From the sequence record PZ154897.1: a stretch of DNA of 64,000 nucleotides, one strand, 5' to 3'. The translations under genes and the position numbers were made by a program. How positions within the stretch are numbered: position 1 is the stretch's first letter; each line of letters starts with the position of its first letter. The notes beneath the pieces were generated by a model. The model saw nothing but the letters and a program-made list of their open reading frames with translations. It was not told the origin of the DNA and did not search any database. The DNA is from a phage. Shown here piece after piece: positions 1-7,936 of this stretch.

Positions 1-150
1 GTAAACGGCTTTTTCTACGCTTTTAACGTAATCAATGTAGTCTTCCTGTTCGTACGAGTGTAAGGCTAAGAATGAGGCCAATAGTTCATTATAGACTAAA
101 GCCTCACGCTCACGTTCGGCCTCTACTACGTTCTGAAGATTATGACTCAT
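1..150 (-). CDS. hypothetical early protein, 5' part only (gene continues past window start)
   Basis: ATG at 150 preceded by AAGGA; frame open to position 1; overlaps 3' end of next ORF. Confidence 0.4.
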   Translation of the reverse strand, partial: MSHNLQNVVEAEREREALVYNELLASFLALHSYEQEDYIDYVKSVEKAVY

Positions 151-439
151 ATTGTTCCTTATAACTATCAATATAGTCCTGTATGTCGAAGAATGACATT
201 TCATATTCTAGGACATTAAGAGCCCGTTCTTCAGTATAGTCAGAACCAAAGACGATAGTGATTTCACCAGGCTTCATATGATTGAAATCGACACTAAAAG
301 GAATACGAGAACATACTTCGTCTGCCATATCTACGATAACACTACGACACACTTCTCGGTTAACCTGATAAAGCTCTGCAAGTTCTTCACATCGAATAAC
401 AAGTTCAGTGGCAGGATTTTCTTTGATTTTAGTAAGCAT
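140..439 (-). CDS. hypothetical small early protein (99 aa)
   Basis: ORF in minus-strand gene string downstream of motA. Confidence 0.55.
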   Translation of the reverse strand: MLTKIKENPATELVIRCEELAELYQVNREVCRSVIVDMADEVCSRIPFSVDFNHMKPGEITIVFGSDYTEERALNVLEYEMSFFDIQDYIDSYKEQYES

Positions 440-513
440 AGTCTTTACCCTTATGTTTTTGTTTGCGTTTAGATTGAAGTTCTGATTTCTTCTTGTCCTT
501 ATGGACAGAAGCC

Positions 514-741
514 TTATTGAAATCGTGTTTTGCTACAAGATTGTTCATAATGATTTATAACCTCGTTTAAACATTTACTAGTGAAAGAAAACTTTTTAGC
601 CACAGAACATTCGATAATGTGCTCTTTCAAATCTTTAGAGTCGGTATAACCCATCTCAGTAATAAAGTGGCGAATTAAAGCTTTATTCTTATCATTAACA
701 GAATTAAAATAATCTGCTTTAGAATCAATTATTCTCATCAT
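514..741 (-). CDS. hypothetical protein (75 aa)
   Basis: ORF; stop-start overlap with neighbour. Confidence 0.5.
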   Translation of the reverse strand: MMRIIDSKADYFNSVNDKNKALIRHFITEMGYTDSKDLKEHIIECSVAKKFSFTSKCLNEVINHYEQSCSKTRFQ

Positions 742-1006
742 CTAATTTCCTTAATTGATATTGCAACGAGCTAATAATTTCTTCGTTCATTTTAATATAC
801 ATGTCGCGCAAGAAAGGTTTTAACCCATCACGAATAATTGCTAACGTATCACCTTTACATAAATTAACCAAATAAGGATGGTCTAAAGCATCCCAACCAG
901 GCTGATTAGCATACATACCATAGTTTTCTTCCATCATATGATTAAGACGTTTGATATCTTGGATACGTGATTCAATAGCATCTTTCTGGAGTTGTTTAAT
1001 ATTCAT
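725..1006 (-). CDS. hypothetical protein (93 aa)
   Basis: ORF; stop-start overlap at 1006. Confidence 0.5.
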   Translation of the reverse strand: MNIKQLQKDAIESRIQDIKRLNHMMEENYGMYANQPGWDALDHPYLVNLCKGDTLAIIRDGLKPFLRDMYIKMNEEIISSLQYQLRKLDDENN

Positions 1007-1467
1007 TAATAAAGGTCCTCAGAGTAAAGTTCTTTTTCACTACCACCACGTTCAATACGCACTTGTCCAGCATAAGTTGCAATAATCATTGCTTCTTCAC
1101 GTGTCCAATAATTACTATATTGGTCAATAAACCCTTGGTCATCATCACAAACTTGCTGAGTAACTAATTGGGGTTTAACTACATCTAAAACTGCTGCCAT
1201 ATCTTTAGAATAATGACGAGCACCCGGAATAATAAGAGTTCGTCCATCTTTTAATTTAAAACGGTTGGCTGCGCAAACAATCCGTCGTTGGTACTTTTGG
1301 TTTTCATCCCAGTATGCAGACTGCCAACAGATTTCCGGAACTTCTGCAAGAATATCTTCTTCTGTGCATTTATAACCATGTGCTTTAAATTTTTCAACAA
1401 GACTTTCTGGAGTCTCACGAGATAAAGGAACATTCAGCATTTTTAAACGATTAATAAATGGATTCAT
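1006..1467 (-). CDS. hypothetical protein (153 aa)
   Basis: ORF; overlaps neighbours by 1-4 nt. Confidence 0.55.
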   Translation of the reverse strand: MNPFINRLKMLNVPLSRETPESLVEKFKAHGYKCTEEDILAEVPEICWQSAYWDENQKYQRRIVCAANRFKLKDGRTLIIPGARHYSKDMAAVLDVVKPQLVTQQVCDDDQGFIDQYSNYWTREEAMIIATYAGQVRIERGGSEKELYSEDLY

Positions 1468-1793
1468 TTAAACCATCCTTTAATACGCTGCCATAAAGTT
1501 TTCTGTTGAGCTTTGTTAACACCAATTGAGCGAATAACTGGTTGAGATTCCTGGAATTCTTTATAATCAGCAAGGTAAATTTCGTAAGCTGCATCCGTAA
1601 ATGAACTTATCGCTGCCATAAAATTATTGCGAATACCTACTGGAGCATCTTTACTTTCACGAATAATCATGTATTTACCGGTCTTAATCTTTACGATAGT
1701 TCCAAGATAAGCTCCATGGTACCAGATATCCCACCCCTCTTGAGTGGGTTCTGCACAACGACGAAGTTCATTGATAATTTCTAACTTGTTCAT
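1464..1793 (-). CDS. hypothetical protein (109 aa)
   Basis: ORF immediately downstream of motA. Confidence 0.55.
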   Translation of the reverse strand: MNKLEIINELRRCAEPTQEGWDIWYHGAYLGTIVKIKTGKYMIIRESKDAPVGIRNNFMAAISSFTDAAYEIYLADYKEFQESQPVIRSIGVNKAQQKTLWQRIKGWFK

Positions 1794-1803
1794 TATTTAT
1801 TCC

Positions 1804-2439
1804 TCACAGTTCAGATGCTACAGTAATTACAGCTTCAATGTTTTCTGCCGAGCGTTTAATGTCAAGATACACATTACCGTTTTTAGCGATTTTACATGAC
1901 ATTCCGATATCAGTAAATTTCTGAATATGATGTTCCATCATTTTGTATCCAAAAATTCGCATATTTCCATTGTTGTTAATTTCAAAATTACGAATTCCGT
2001 GAGTGCGTTTTTCTAAAATAGCAAGATAGTTACTACGATAAGTTTCAACCTTTTTAAGAACAAATCCATTTTCATCTAAAAGTTTTAACATGAAGTCTTT
2101 ATCTTCTTCCATATCAGAAGTAATCTCGCGAGCTTTACGAGTTGCTCGTTTTTTCAGCAGTTCAGGAGCGTTTTCCTGCGCGTATAAAGTTGCCGCATTT
2201 GAAATAATATCCTGAGCTTCACCTGTAATGATTAATCCATCACCAGATTTCTCTACCAGGCCTTTTTTAATCAATACCCCAATATTACTATTAACTACTG
2301 CATTACCTAAATCTGGATGCACCTCACGAACTTCTGCAGCTGTAATGAAATCTTTCTTAGCAATGGTAATTAAAATCGCAGCAGTTTTTTCATTCAGAAC
2401 ATCGTTAGAAGCTTTGATGATGTAAGTTACTTTAGACAT
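1804..2439 (-). CDS. motA: MotA, activator of middle transcription
   Basis: 211-aa ORF, length and sequence as recalled for T4 MotA; synteny next to gene 52. Confidence 0.85.
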   Translation of the reverse strand: MSKVTYIIKASNDVLNEKTAAILITIAKKDFITAAEVREVHPDLGNAVVNSNIGVLIKKGLVEKSGDGLIITGEAQDIISNAATLYAQENAPELLKKRATRKAREITSDMEEDKDFMLKLLDENGFVLKKVETYRSNYLAILEKRTHGIRNFEINNNGNMRIFGYKMMEHHIQKFTDIGMSCKIAKNGNVYLDIKRSAENIEAVITVASEL

Positions 2440-2460
2440 TTTCTAATCTCCGTAATTCTG

Positions 2461-2490
2461 TATCAGTAGTTGATAGTTGTATAGTACCAC
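2461..2490 (-). promoter_or_regulatory. conserved -10/leader module (tggTACTATAcaactatcaactac) upstream of motA, no clear -35
   Basis: same ~30-bp module recurs at 6057, 13451, 32432, 60915, 62351. Confidence 0.4.
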
Positions 2491-2519
2491 AGTATGCTTT
2501 GGTCGGCTCTCCCTAAAAT

Positions 2520-2669
2520 TTACTGCATGACTGTGATAACTGTCATAATAACACGTTGAATTCCGAATGCAAGAAGACCTCCTGCTACGGCTTGAACAAC
2601 ACCTAAACCCGCCAGTAAAATACTACCGGATACTAATGCAGCGCTTGTAATACCTATGAATGGACTCAT
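2520..2669 (-). CDS. small hydrophobic peptide (49 aa), start overlaps gene 52 stop
   Basis: hand-translated: ATG at 2669 overlapping TGA of gene 52 (ATGA); continuous ORF to TAA at 2520. Confidence 0.45.
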   Translation of the reverse strand: MSPFIGITSAALVSGSILLAGLGVVQAVAGGLLAFGIQRVIMTVITVMQ

Positions 2670-3994
2670 TTGATTTCCTCTAAATCTTTGGTGTATTCTG
2701 TAACTACATCAGTAGTTTTCCAATATTCGTTTTCTTCTTTTTTAGCTTTAGCTTCTTCAGCAAGTTTCTTTGCTTCGTCAGAAGTCATATGAAAAATGTT
2801 CATTCCAACTAGTTTATCAACATAAGAAGAATACATATCAATTTTAGAAAGTTCTTCGGTCAGTTCTTTGCGAGTTTTACCTTGTACAACAATTTCACCT
2901 GAAATTACTTTCTTAATGAAATGTGCCTTAGCAAAAGCTAAACGAAATGCTGATTCAGTTTCTTTGATTTTGTTATCAATTCGTTTTTGGACATAAGTTT
3001 TACGAACTTCAACGAAGTCTTTAATTAAATCAACTACGTTATCGTAAACTTGCAGCTTTCCTTTCTCATTAATAACGGTAATATTCTGGGAACGACGCTC
3101 AATCAACCCGAAGTCTTTCATAATTTTTGCATGGCGTTCTTCTTCGTTATCACTCAAAGAGTATTCTTTACGGATTTTAACTTTGAAGCCAAAGCCATGC
3201 TCACCACAAGCATCATCCCATGTAATGAAGCCTTTATCTTCAAGTGGGTCTAAGATTTTACTCACATAAGTTTCACGATCATACTTATACGGAATCTCAG
3301 TGATATTCATTTGAGTTCGTGAAGTAAACTTGTACGTTCCACGAATTTCATATTGACCGTCAATTTCAACGACTTCACCACGAAATTCTGGGAATTCTAC
3401 CTTCGGTTTAGTTACTTTCTTTCCTTGAAGAGCTTGTAGTACAGCTTTCTTGACAGAAGAAACACTATGAGGAAGAATGTAAGTTGCATAACCAGTTGCA
3501 ATACCGGAAACACCATTAAGAAGAACAGTAGGAATAATAGGCAAATAGAAAGCAGGCGGAATGTGTTCTTTATCTTGATGTACCGGAGCATATTCAGTAT
3601 CTTTATATACGTTATAGAAATTTTTACTTACGCGAGCAAAAATATAACGACTTGCCGCTGCTTTTTGAACGGTACGAGAACCAAAGTTTCCTTGACCGTC
3701 TAACAGAGGAAAGTTATTATTCCAAGTGTTAGCCATCAAAGCCCCCGCATCTTGTGCAGAGTTTTCACCATGATGATATCCAAGGTCTGCTACACCACCT
3801 GCAATAGAAGCAAGTTTGTGAAACTTATCTTTATTTCCTCGCGCCAAATCAAGAGCTCGAGCAATAACAAATCGTTGGACTGGCTTAAATCCATCAATCA
3901 TATTTGGAATAGCACGATTTTCAACCGTGTACATAGCATAAGCCAGTGCTTCATTATCAATGATACTTTTTAAATCGCGATTATTCAGTTGCAT
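2666..3994 (-). CDS. 52: DNA topoisomerase II medium subunit (GyrA-like)
   Basis: 442-aa ORF, T4 gp52 length; breakage-reunion domain residues; synteny. Confidence 0.93.
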   Translation of the reverse strand: MQLNNRDLKSIIDNEALAYAMYTVENRAIPNMIDGFKPVQRFVIARALDLARGNKDKFHKLASIAGGVADLGYHHGENSAQDAGALMANTWNNNFPLLDGQGNFGSRTVQKAAASRYIFARVSKNFYNVYKDTEYAPVHQDKEHIPPAFYLPIIPTVLLNGVSGIATGYATYILPHSVSSVKKAVLQALQGKKVTKPKVEFPEFRGEVVEIDGQYEIRGTYKFTSRTQMNITEIPYKYDRETYVSKILDPLEDKGFITWDDACGEHGFGFKVKIRKEYSLSDNEEERHAKIMKDFGLIERRSQNITVINEKGKLQVYDNVVDLIKDFVEVRKTYVQKRIDNKIKETESAFRLAFAKAHFIKKVISGEIVVQGKTRKELTEELSKIDMYSSYVDKLVGMNIFHMTSDEAKKLAEEAKAKKEENEYWKTTDVVTEYTKDLEEIK

Positions 3995-3998
3995 AAAT

Positions 3999-4139
3999 TT
4001 ACCATACTAGTGAATGTAGTGCCATAATAACATCAGAAATGAAAAGCACGACTTGAATTAATCCGAACATTACTCCATAATATAGTGCTATCAATAAAAT
4101 AGCAAGGGCTACCGAGTAGCCCAAGATTTTCTTAATCAT
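3999..4139 (-). CDS. small membrane peptide (46 aa)
   Basis: hand-translated; ATG overlaps ac stop; ends 5 nt before gene 52 ATG. Confidence 0.45.
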   Translation of the reverse strand: MIKKILGYSVALAILLIALYYGVMFGLIQVVLFISDVIMALHSLVW

Positions 4140-4287
4140 TAGATAACAACGCAAATGTTAAATATGCACACATACCCTGGGCTAAAGCTTGTGAAAACAC
4201 ACTGCTAGCATCGATACAGATAGTTAAAACACATGCTACTATCCAACAAATAAATGAAATAACTCCTAATAGTTTTGCGATATTCAT
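4132..4287 (-). CDS. ac: Ac-like membrane peptide (51 aa)
   Basis: 51-aa hydrophobic ORF with GAGGA SD, between stp and 52 as in T4. Confidence 0.7.
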   Translation of the reverse strand: MNIAKLLGVISFICWIVACVLTICIDASSVFSQALAQGMCAYLTFALLSND

Positions 4288-4294
4288 ATTTTCC

Positions 4295-4375
4295 TCACTG
4301 GCGTCCGAAGACGCCTTTAGTTTTAAGATTGTTACGATAGAACTGCATCACATGTTCATTATGGAAATTACTCAT
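4295..4375 (-). CDS. stp: Stp peptide (26 aa)
   Basis: hand translation gives [26 protein letters not shown], matching T4 Stp as I recall it; TAATG overlap with ndd stop. Confidence 0.9.
4300..4315 (-). other. UUCG-tetraloop RNA hairpin inside stp coding sequence
   Basis: ggcgtc-cgaa-gacgcc on + strand = GGCGUC UUCG GACGCC on mRNA. Confidence 0.5.
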
Positions 4376-4830
4376 TAATATGCCTGCAAAACAAATTTAA
4401 AGTTATCAGCCAACATACGGTTCATTTCTTCAAGCGTTTGATACTCAGAATGATGATTACGAGTAAACGCTAAAGCTAACTGACCTTTTCCAAATCCCGT
4501 CGTCAGAGGTTTCATCTTAGAAGCAGGTAGATAAAATACTGTGTATGGAACATTATTATTTGCAATAGTACGCGCAAGCTGAGATCGACGCTGGCGAATA
4601 TGACTTAGAACTGCACTGAATCCTTGCTTAGAACGCTGATTACCTACATAAAATCGTGCAGATACACATGGACTATCAAATGGACCACCAAATTTGCTCA
4701 CTAAAAAGTAAAATCCAGGGTTAGACAAAATGTCTTTATGCGGAGTTCCAAAAACCCATTCACCGCCCTTGATTGTACCAATAACAGTTGCGCCTGCATT
4801 ATTCAAATCAGTAACAGTCATATATTTCAT
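4375..4830 (-). CDS. ndd: Ndd, host nucleoid disruption protein
   Basis: 151-aa ORF, T4 Ndd length; position next to stp. Confidence 0.8.
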
Positions 4831-4889
4831 GTTAATTTCCTCTAATTATTTTCTACTCCAAGGCCGCATGAATGCACACGGCCGATAAA

Positions 4890-5105
4890 TTAATCGTCGC
4901 AGTCGACGCTCAATTCCCAGAACTCTTCTACAGTATAAGTTTCAGTATCATTTTCAATACAGAAACGTTCATTGCTGTTGTTTGCTAAAGTAGCGTTAAC
5001 TGTCATTTTCTCGCTAGTGCTCTTAAGAGGAGAAATACGAATTAACTGATCACCATTATCTAAGCAAAAAATTTCGCCAACTTTTATATCTTTAAAAAAT
5101 TTCAT
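4890..5105 (-). CDS. hypothetical protein (71 aa)
   Basis: ORF. Confidence 0.5.
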   Translation of the reverse strand: MKFFKDIKVGEIFCLDNGDQLIRISPLKSTSEKMTVNATLANNSNERFCIENDTETYTVEEFWELSVDCDD

Positions 5106-5113
5106 AATTCACC

Positions 5114-5221
5114 TCAAGGAGTATAAAATCCAAATGCAGTTGTTGACCATCCCATCCAATATGGGATATTTGCGCCAATGTAAAATACAAGAATATAAAA
5201 CCAAATGCTTAGTAAATTCAT
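5114..5221 (-). CDS. micro-ORF, hydrophobic peptide (35 aa)
   Basis: hand-translated; ATG overlaps stop of upstream ORF (TAATG). Confidence 0.35.
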   Translation of the reverse strand: MNLLSIWFYILVFYIGANIPYWMGWSTTAFGFYTP

Positions 5222-5418
5222 TATTTTACACCATTCCAAATTGTTTCAACCACAGATTTCAAACCATTTTGGTGAATATCCATTCCGACAACCGCCATCA
5301 AATAGATTCCAACCACAACTGAACCCAAGGCGAAAATCAGCATGAAAATGAATAAAGCTGGAAAAATATTATCGAAAAACCATTCCATAAATGTAAAAGC
5401 ACTGCGTTTACGCTTCAT
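5221..5418 (-). CDS. small membrane protein (65 aa)
   Basis: ORF-track 5221..5439 trimmed to ATG with GAGGA SD. Confidence 0.5.
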   Translation of the reverse strand: MKRKRSAFTFMEWFFDNIFPALFIFMLIFALGSVVVGIYLMAVVGMDIHQNGLKSVVETIWNGVK

Positions 5419-5425
5419 ATTTTCC

Positions 5426-5539
5426 TCACATAAATCCAAAGTAAGCGTTTAATACATCAATCATTAAAATGATTGGGAATATACTTAAAACTACTAGTAT
5501 TATAACTACATTCCATATAGCTTTAACAATCTTTTTCAT
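5426..5539 (-). CDS. small membrane peptide (37 aa)
   Basis: internal ATG of ORF 5426..5674; GGAGG SD; early promoter directly upstream. Confidence 0.5.
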   Translation of the reverse strand: MKKIVKAIWNVVIILVVLSIFPIILMIDVLNAYFGFM

Positions 5540-5559
5540 TTTCTGTTCCTCCGTAGTTG

Positions 5560-5598
5560 ATAGGGTAATAATACCACAGAGGAACAGTCTTGTAAACA
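5560..5598 (-). promoter_or_regulatory. T4-type early promoter (GTTTAC -35 / TATTAT -10) with flanking 9-bp inverted repeat
   Basis: minus strand reads GTTTACaagactgttcctctgtggtATTATTA; near-identical to cassette at 60905-60962. Confidence 0.6.
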
Positions 5599-5604
5599 AC
5601 TTTT

Positions 5605-5703
5605 TTAAAAATATTCGTAATAAATGTGAATACCAACTACTACTGCTGAAACTTGCGCAACCCACCATGCACAAGCAATAAGTACAGAATTCAAAATTTT
5701 CAT
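5605..5703 (-). CDS. micro-ORF, hydrophobic peptide (32 aa)
   Basis: hand-translated; GAGG SD; ATGA overlap with upstream micro-ORF. Confidence 0.4.
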   Translation of the reverse strand: MKILNSVLIACAWWVAQVSAVVVGIHIYYEYF

Positions 5704-5786
5704 AATAACCTCATCACAAAAGTAAATGTTAAACAAATTAATGGAATACTAATTAACCAAACGAAACACCACCATAATGAACTCAT
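5700..5786 (-). CDS. micro-ORF, hydrophobic peptide (28 aa)
   Basis: hand-translated; ATGA overlap with stop of ORF 5783..6046. Confidence 0.4.
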   Translation of the reverse strand: MSSLWWCFVWLISIPLICLTFTFVMRLL

Positions 5787-6046
5787 AGTTCAATCTCAGC
5801 GATTTTCATTTCATTACTATTAATAGCCGCTTTAAGACTATCTGAAAGAATTACATTCCAGTGGTCATTCATATGACCATTAACTAAGCGTGTAATTTCT
5901 TCGGGAGTTGAAAAATAAGGCGTATCAGACTCCCAATGCGATAGTCCCAAGCGAGTATAAATCATACCTTCATCACCGCTAGAATATTCAACTGACACAA
6001 ACTCATCAGTTATTTTATGTTTAGCGTAATAAAATTTAAATTTCAT
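5783..6046 (-). CDS. hypothetical protein (87 aa)
   Basis: ORF with GGAGG SD and early promoter upstream. Confidence 0.55.
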   Translation of the reverse strand: MKFKFYYAKHKITDEFVSVEYSSGDEGMIYTRLGLSHWESDTPYFSTPEEITRLVNGHMNDHWNVILSDSLKAAINSNEMKIAEIEL

Positions 6047-6069
6047 TTTTACTCCTCCGTAGCTGATAG

Positions 6070-6104
6070 TTGTATAGTACCACGGTCCTTGTGGTATGTA
6101 AACT
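6070..6104 (-). promoter_or_regulatory. T4-type early promoter (TTTACA -35 / TACTAT -10)
   Basis: minus strand reads cagTTTACAtaccacaaggaccgtggTACTATA then conserved leader. Confidence 0.6.
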
Positions 6105-6119
6105 GTTTTGTGAAAATTT

Positions 6120-6677
6120 TTAAATGGAAAGATACCATCCGTTGTAGTTGCTTTTTCTTACAACCTTACGAAGGTCTTCTCTATCACCGATGAACTTCGG
6201 AGTGTACTGGATGACACCTGGATGAATTTCTTTAGTGTTGAATATAATTATACAGTCAGCGACTTGGTGATTCAGAATGGGCCCTAGATTTATTCCAGAA
6301 CCGTATGGATACTCTCCGCTGCATCCGGTTGTTACCGAAATCCAACGTGAGTCAGTTTGGTGTGTCTTAACTTCTACACGAAGCCCACAGTATTTTGGAT
6401 GCGCCAATACATCCCATGCGTATGTATACGGGTCATTAACATCCTCTTGGCCTTTGTTAACATACCCGCTTAGCCAATCTGCTACAAAAAACTCTGCATA
6501 TACAGCGATACGACATCTTTCAATAACTTCTGCTTTATCCTGATTAGGATTTTGTTTTAAAGAGTATCTTGCTGTATCAGCAATTTTGACCTTCATTTCA
6601 CTAGTCAAATCATTGTTCGATAGGGTAAATGTTGGAATCTGAAATAGTCTCTGTAAACCCGGATTCGTTTTCTGCAT
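6120..6677 (-). CDS. denB: endonuclease IV (DenB)
   Basis: 185-aa ORF, T4 DenB length; synteny between ndd region and rIIB. Confidence 0.75.
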   Translation of the reverse strand: MQKTNPGLQRLFQIPTFTLSNNDLTSEMKVKIADTARYSLKQNPNQDKAEVIERCRIAVYAEFFVADWLSGYVNKGQEDVNDPYTYAWDVLAHPKYCGLRVEVKTHQTDSRWISVTTGCSGEYPYGSGINLGPILNHQVADCIIIFNTKEIHPGVIQYTPKFIGDREDLRKVVRKSNYNGWYLSI

Positions 6678-6742
6678 TAAACTTTCCTTTTACGTCGGAA
6701 TCACTGATATTCATATAATAAATCATAGTTTCTCTTAAAACA

Positions 6743-6760
6743 AAAGGGCCGAAGCCCTTT
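6743..6760 (-). terminator. intrinsic terminator, UUCG-tetraloop hairpin plus U-tract
   Basis: aaagggc-cgaa-gcccttt; mRNA AAAGGGC UUCG GCCCUUU followed by UGUUUU. Confidence 0.6.
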
Positions 6761-6763
6761 ATT

Positions 6764-6958
6764 TTATTTGAATTGTGCAATTCTTTTCTCTAAACAATCT
6801 GCATAAGATTTCATTGAGATAAACTGCGAAAGCAACAGTTCTTGCTCAACTGCATTAACCGTTGAAAACTTTTCACTTTCTAAAAATTTGCTCAATGCAT
6901 TAATTTTGAGCATTAATTGATCGTATTCTTCTTTTACTCGTGCTTGATAACCTAACAT
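6764..6958 (-). CDS. hypothetical protein (64 aa)
   Basis: ORF between rIIB and denB. Confidence 0.5.
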   Translation of the reverse strand: MLGYQARVKEEYDQLMLKINALSKFLESEKFSTVNAVEQELLLSQFISMKSYADCLEKRIAQFK

Positions 6959-6971
6959 AATTTTCCTTAGT

Positions 6972-6989
6972 TAAGGGCCGAAGCCCTTA
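6972..6989 (-). other. UUCG-tetraloop RNA hairpin overlapping rIIB stop
   Basis: taagggc-cgaa-gccctta. Confidence 0.5.
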
Positions 6990-7925
6990 TTTAAATTGTT
7001 CAGTAACGTCTTCAACTACTTCGTATTGGCAGGTACGCATTTTAGCATCGTTGTAATCAATTGGAATTGATACTACATCGCGAGGATGTACTTTAACTTT
7101 TACAACTCGGCTGGTTGAACTGCCAAAGTGACGAATATAAGATTTAGAACACACATGCAGACCATGAGAACAAGTTTGTGTATCATCGTCATTCACACGA
7201 GTACGTGGCATTTTAACTACTTTACCCGGACTGTTATCAAAGGTGTTTGAGTGACAGTCAAAGTAATTGCTACGAACTACTTTCCAAGCATAGAAGTAAC
7301 CATCTTCTGTAATTTCAATATCGTTTGCTACCAAGAAATCAAAGAGTCGAGATACCGCTTTTTGGCTTGGGTTTTCCAACAGATTTTCCAAGAACGGAAA
7401 ATAAAATTCAAAGTTTTCGCCTTTTTCCATCGAGTCAAGAATACGATCAACCAAACCAGACCGCAATTCAATATTTTGATAGAACAGGCTTCCACCTTCA
7501 ATTCGAACATCGCCGGAAATATATTTTTCAACAGCGCGACGAACATTAATTTTTTGTGCCGCTTCTTCCAATTTATCTGCAACAAGCAGATTAAGAATTT
7601 CCTGGAAGTTTGAATGAGTATTAGGAGTTGCGTTATAAGTTACACCGTCAACAGTAATTGAAATGAATTTTTTAGATGCATTCCAAATAATGTCAGATTT
7701 AGCAACTGGAGCAATAACTGCATCGCTATTAACTTTAACTGTAATATCACCGCTAATAGTAACTTTAGGGCGTTTAGCTTCTTCAGCATTTTTCAAAACA
7801 CGACGGATTGTGTCAACCGATACATCCTTCCAATAAGCCAATTCCTGTTGGGTGTAATTACCGCTTGAATACAGTTTAACAATTTCAGCTTGTTCGTTTT
7901 TGGTCAGGCATTTAATATTGTACAT
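6987..7925 (-). CDS. rIIB: rIIB membrane-associated protein
   Basis: 312-aa ORF, T4 rIIB length; adjacent to rIIA. Confidence 0.9.
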   Translation of the reverse strand: MYNIKCLTKNEQAEIVKLYSSGNYTQQELAYWKDVSVDTIRRVLKNAEEAKRPKVTISGDITVKVNSDAVIAPVAKSDIIWNASKKFISITVDGVTYNATPNTHSNFQEILNLLVADKLEEAAQKINVRRAVEKYISGDVRIEGGSLFYQNIELRSGLVDRILDSMEKGENFEFYFPFLENLLENPSQKAVSRLFDFLVANDIEITEDGYFYAWKVVRSNYFDCHSNTFDNSPGKVVKMPRTRVNDDDTQTCSHGLHVCSKSYIRHFGSSTSRVVKVKVHPRDVVSIPIDYNDAKMRTCQYEVVEDVTEQFK

Positions 7926-7936
7926 AATTTTCCTTA

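Noticed and set aside
7251-7613. Plus-strand ORFs overlapping conserved minus-strand genes (for example 7251..7613, 12133..12543, 13665..14093, 29721..30008, 37550..37966)
   Set aside because: They are antisense to well-supported genes (rIIB, lipoprotein gene, motB-region genes, uvsX, gene 45), lack SD sequences and have low-complexity composition typical of chance ORFs in AT-rich DNA.
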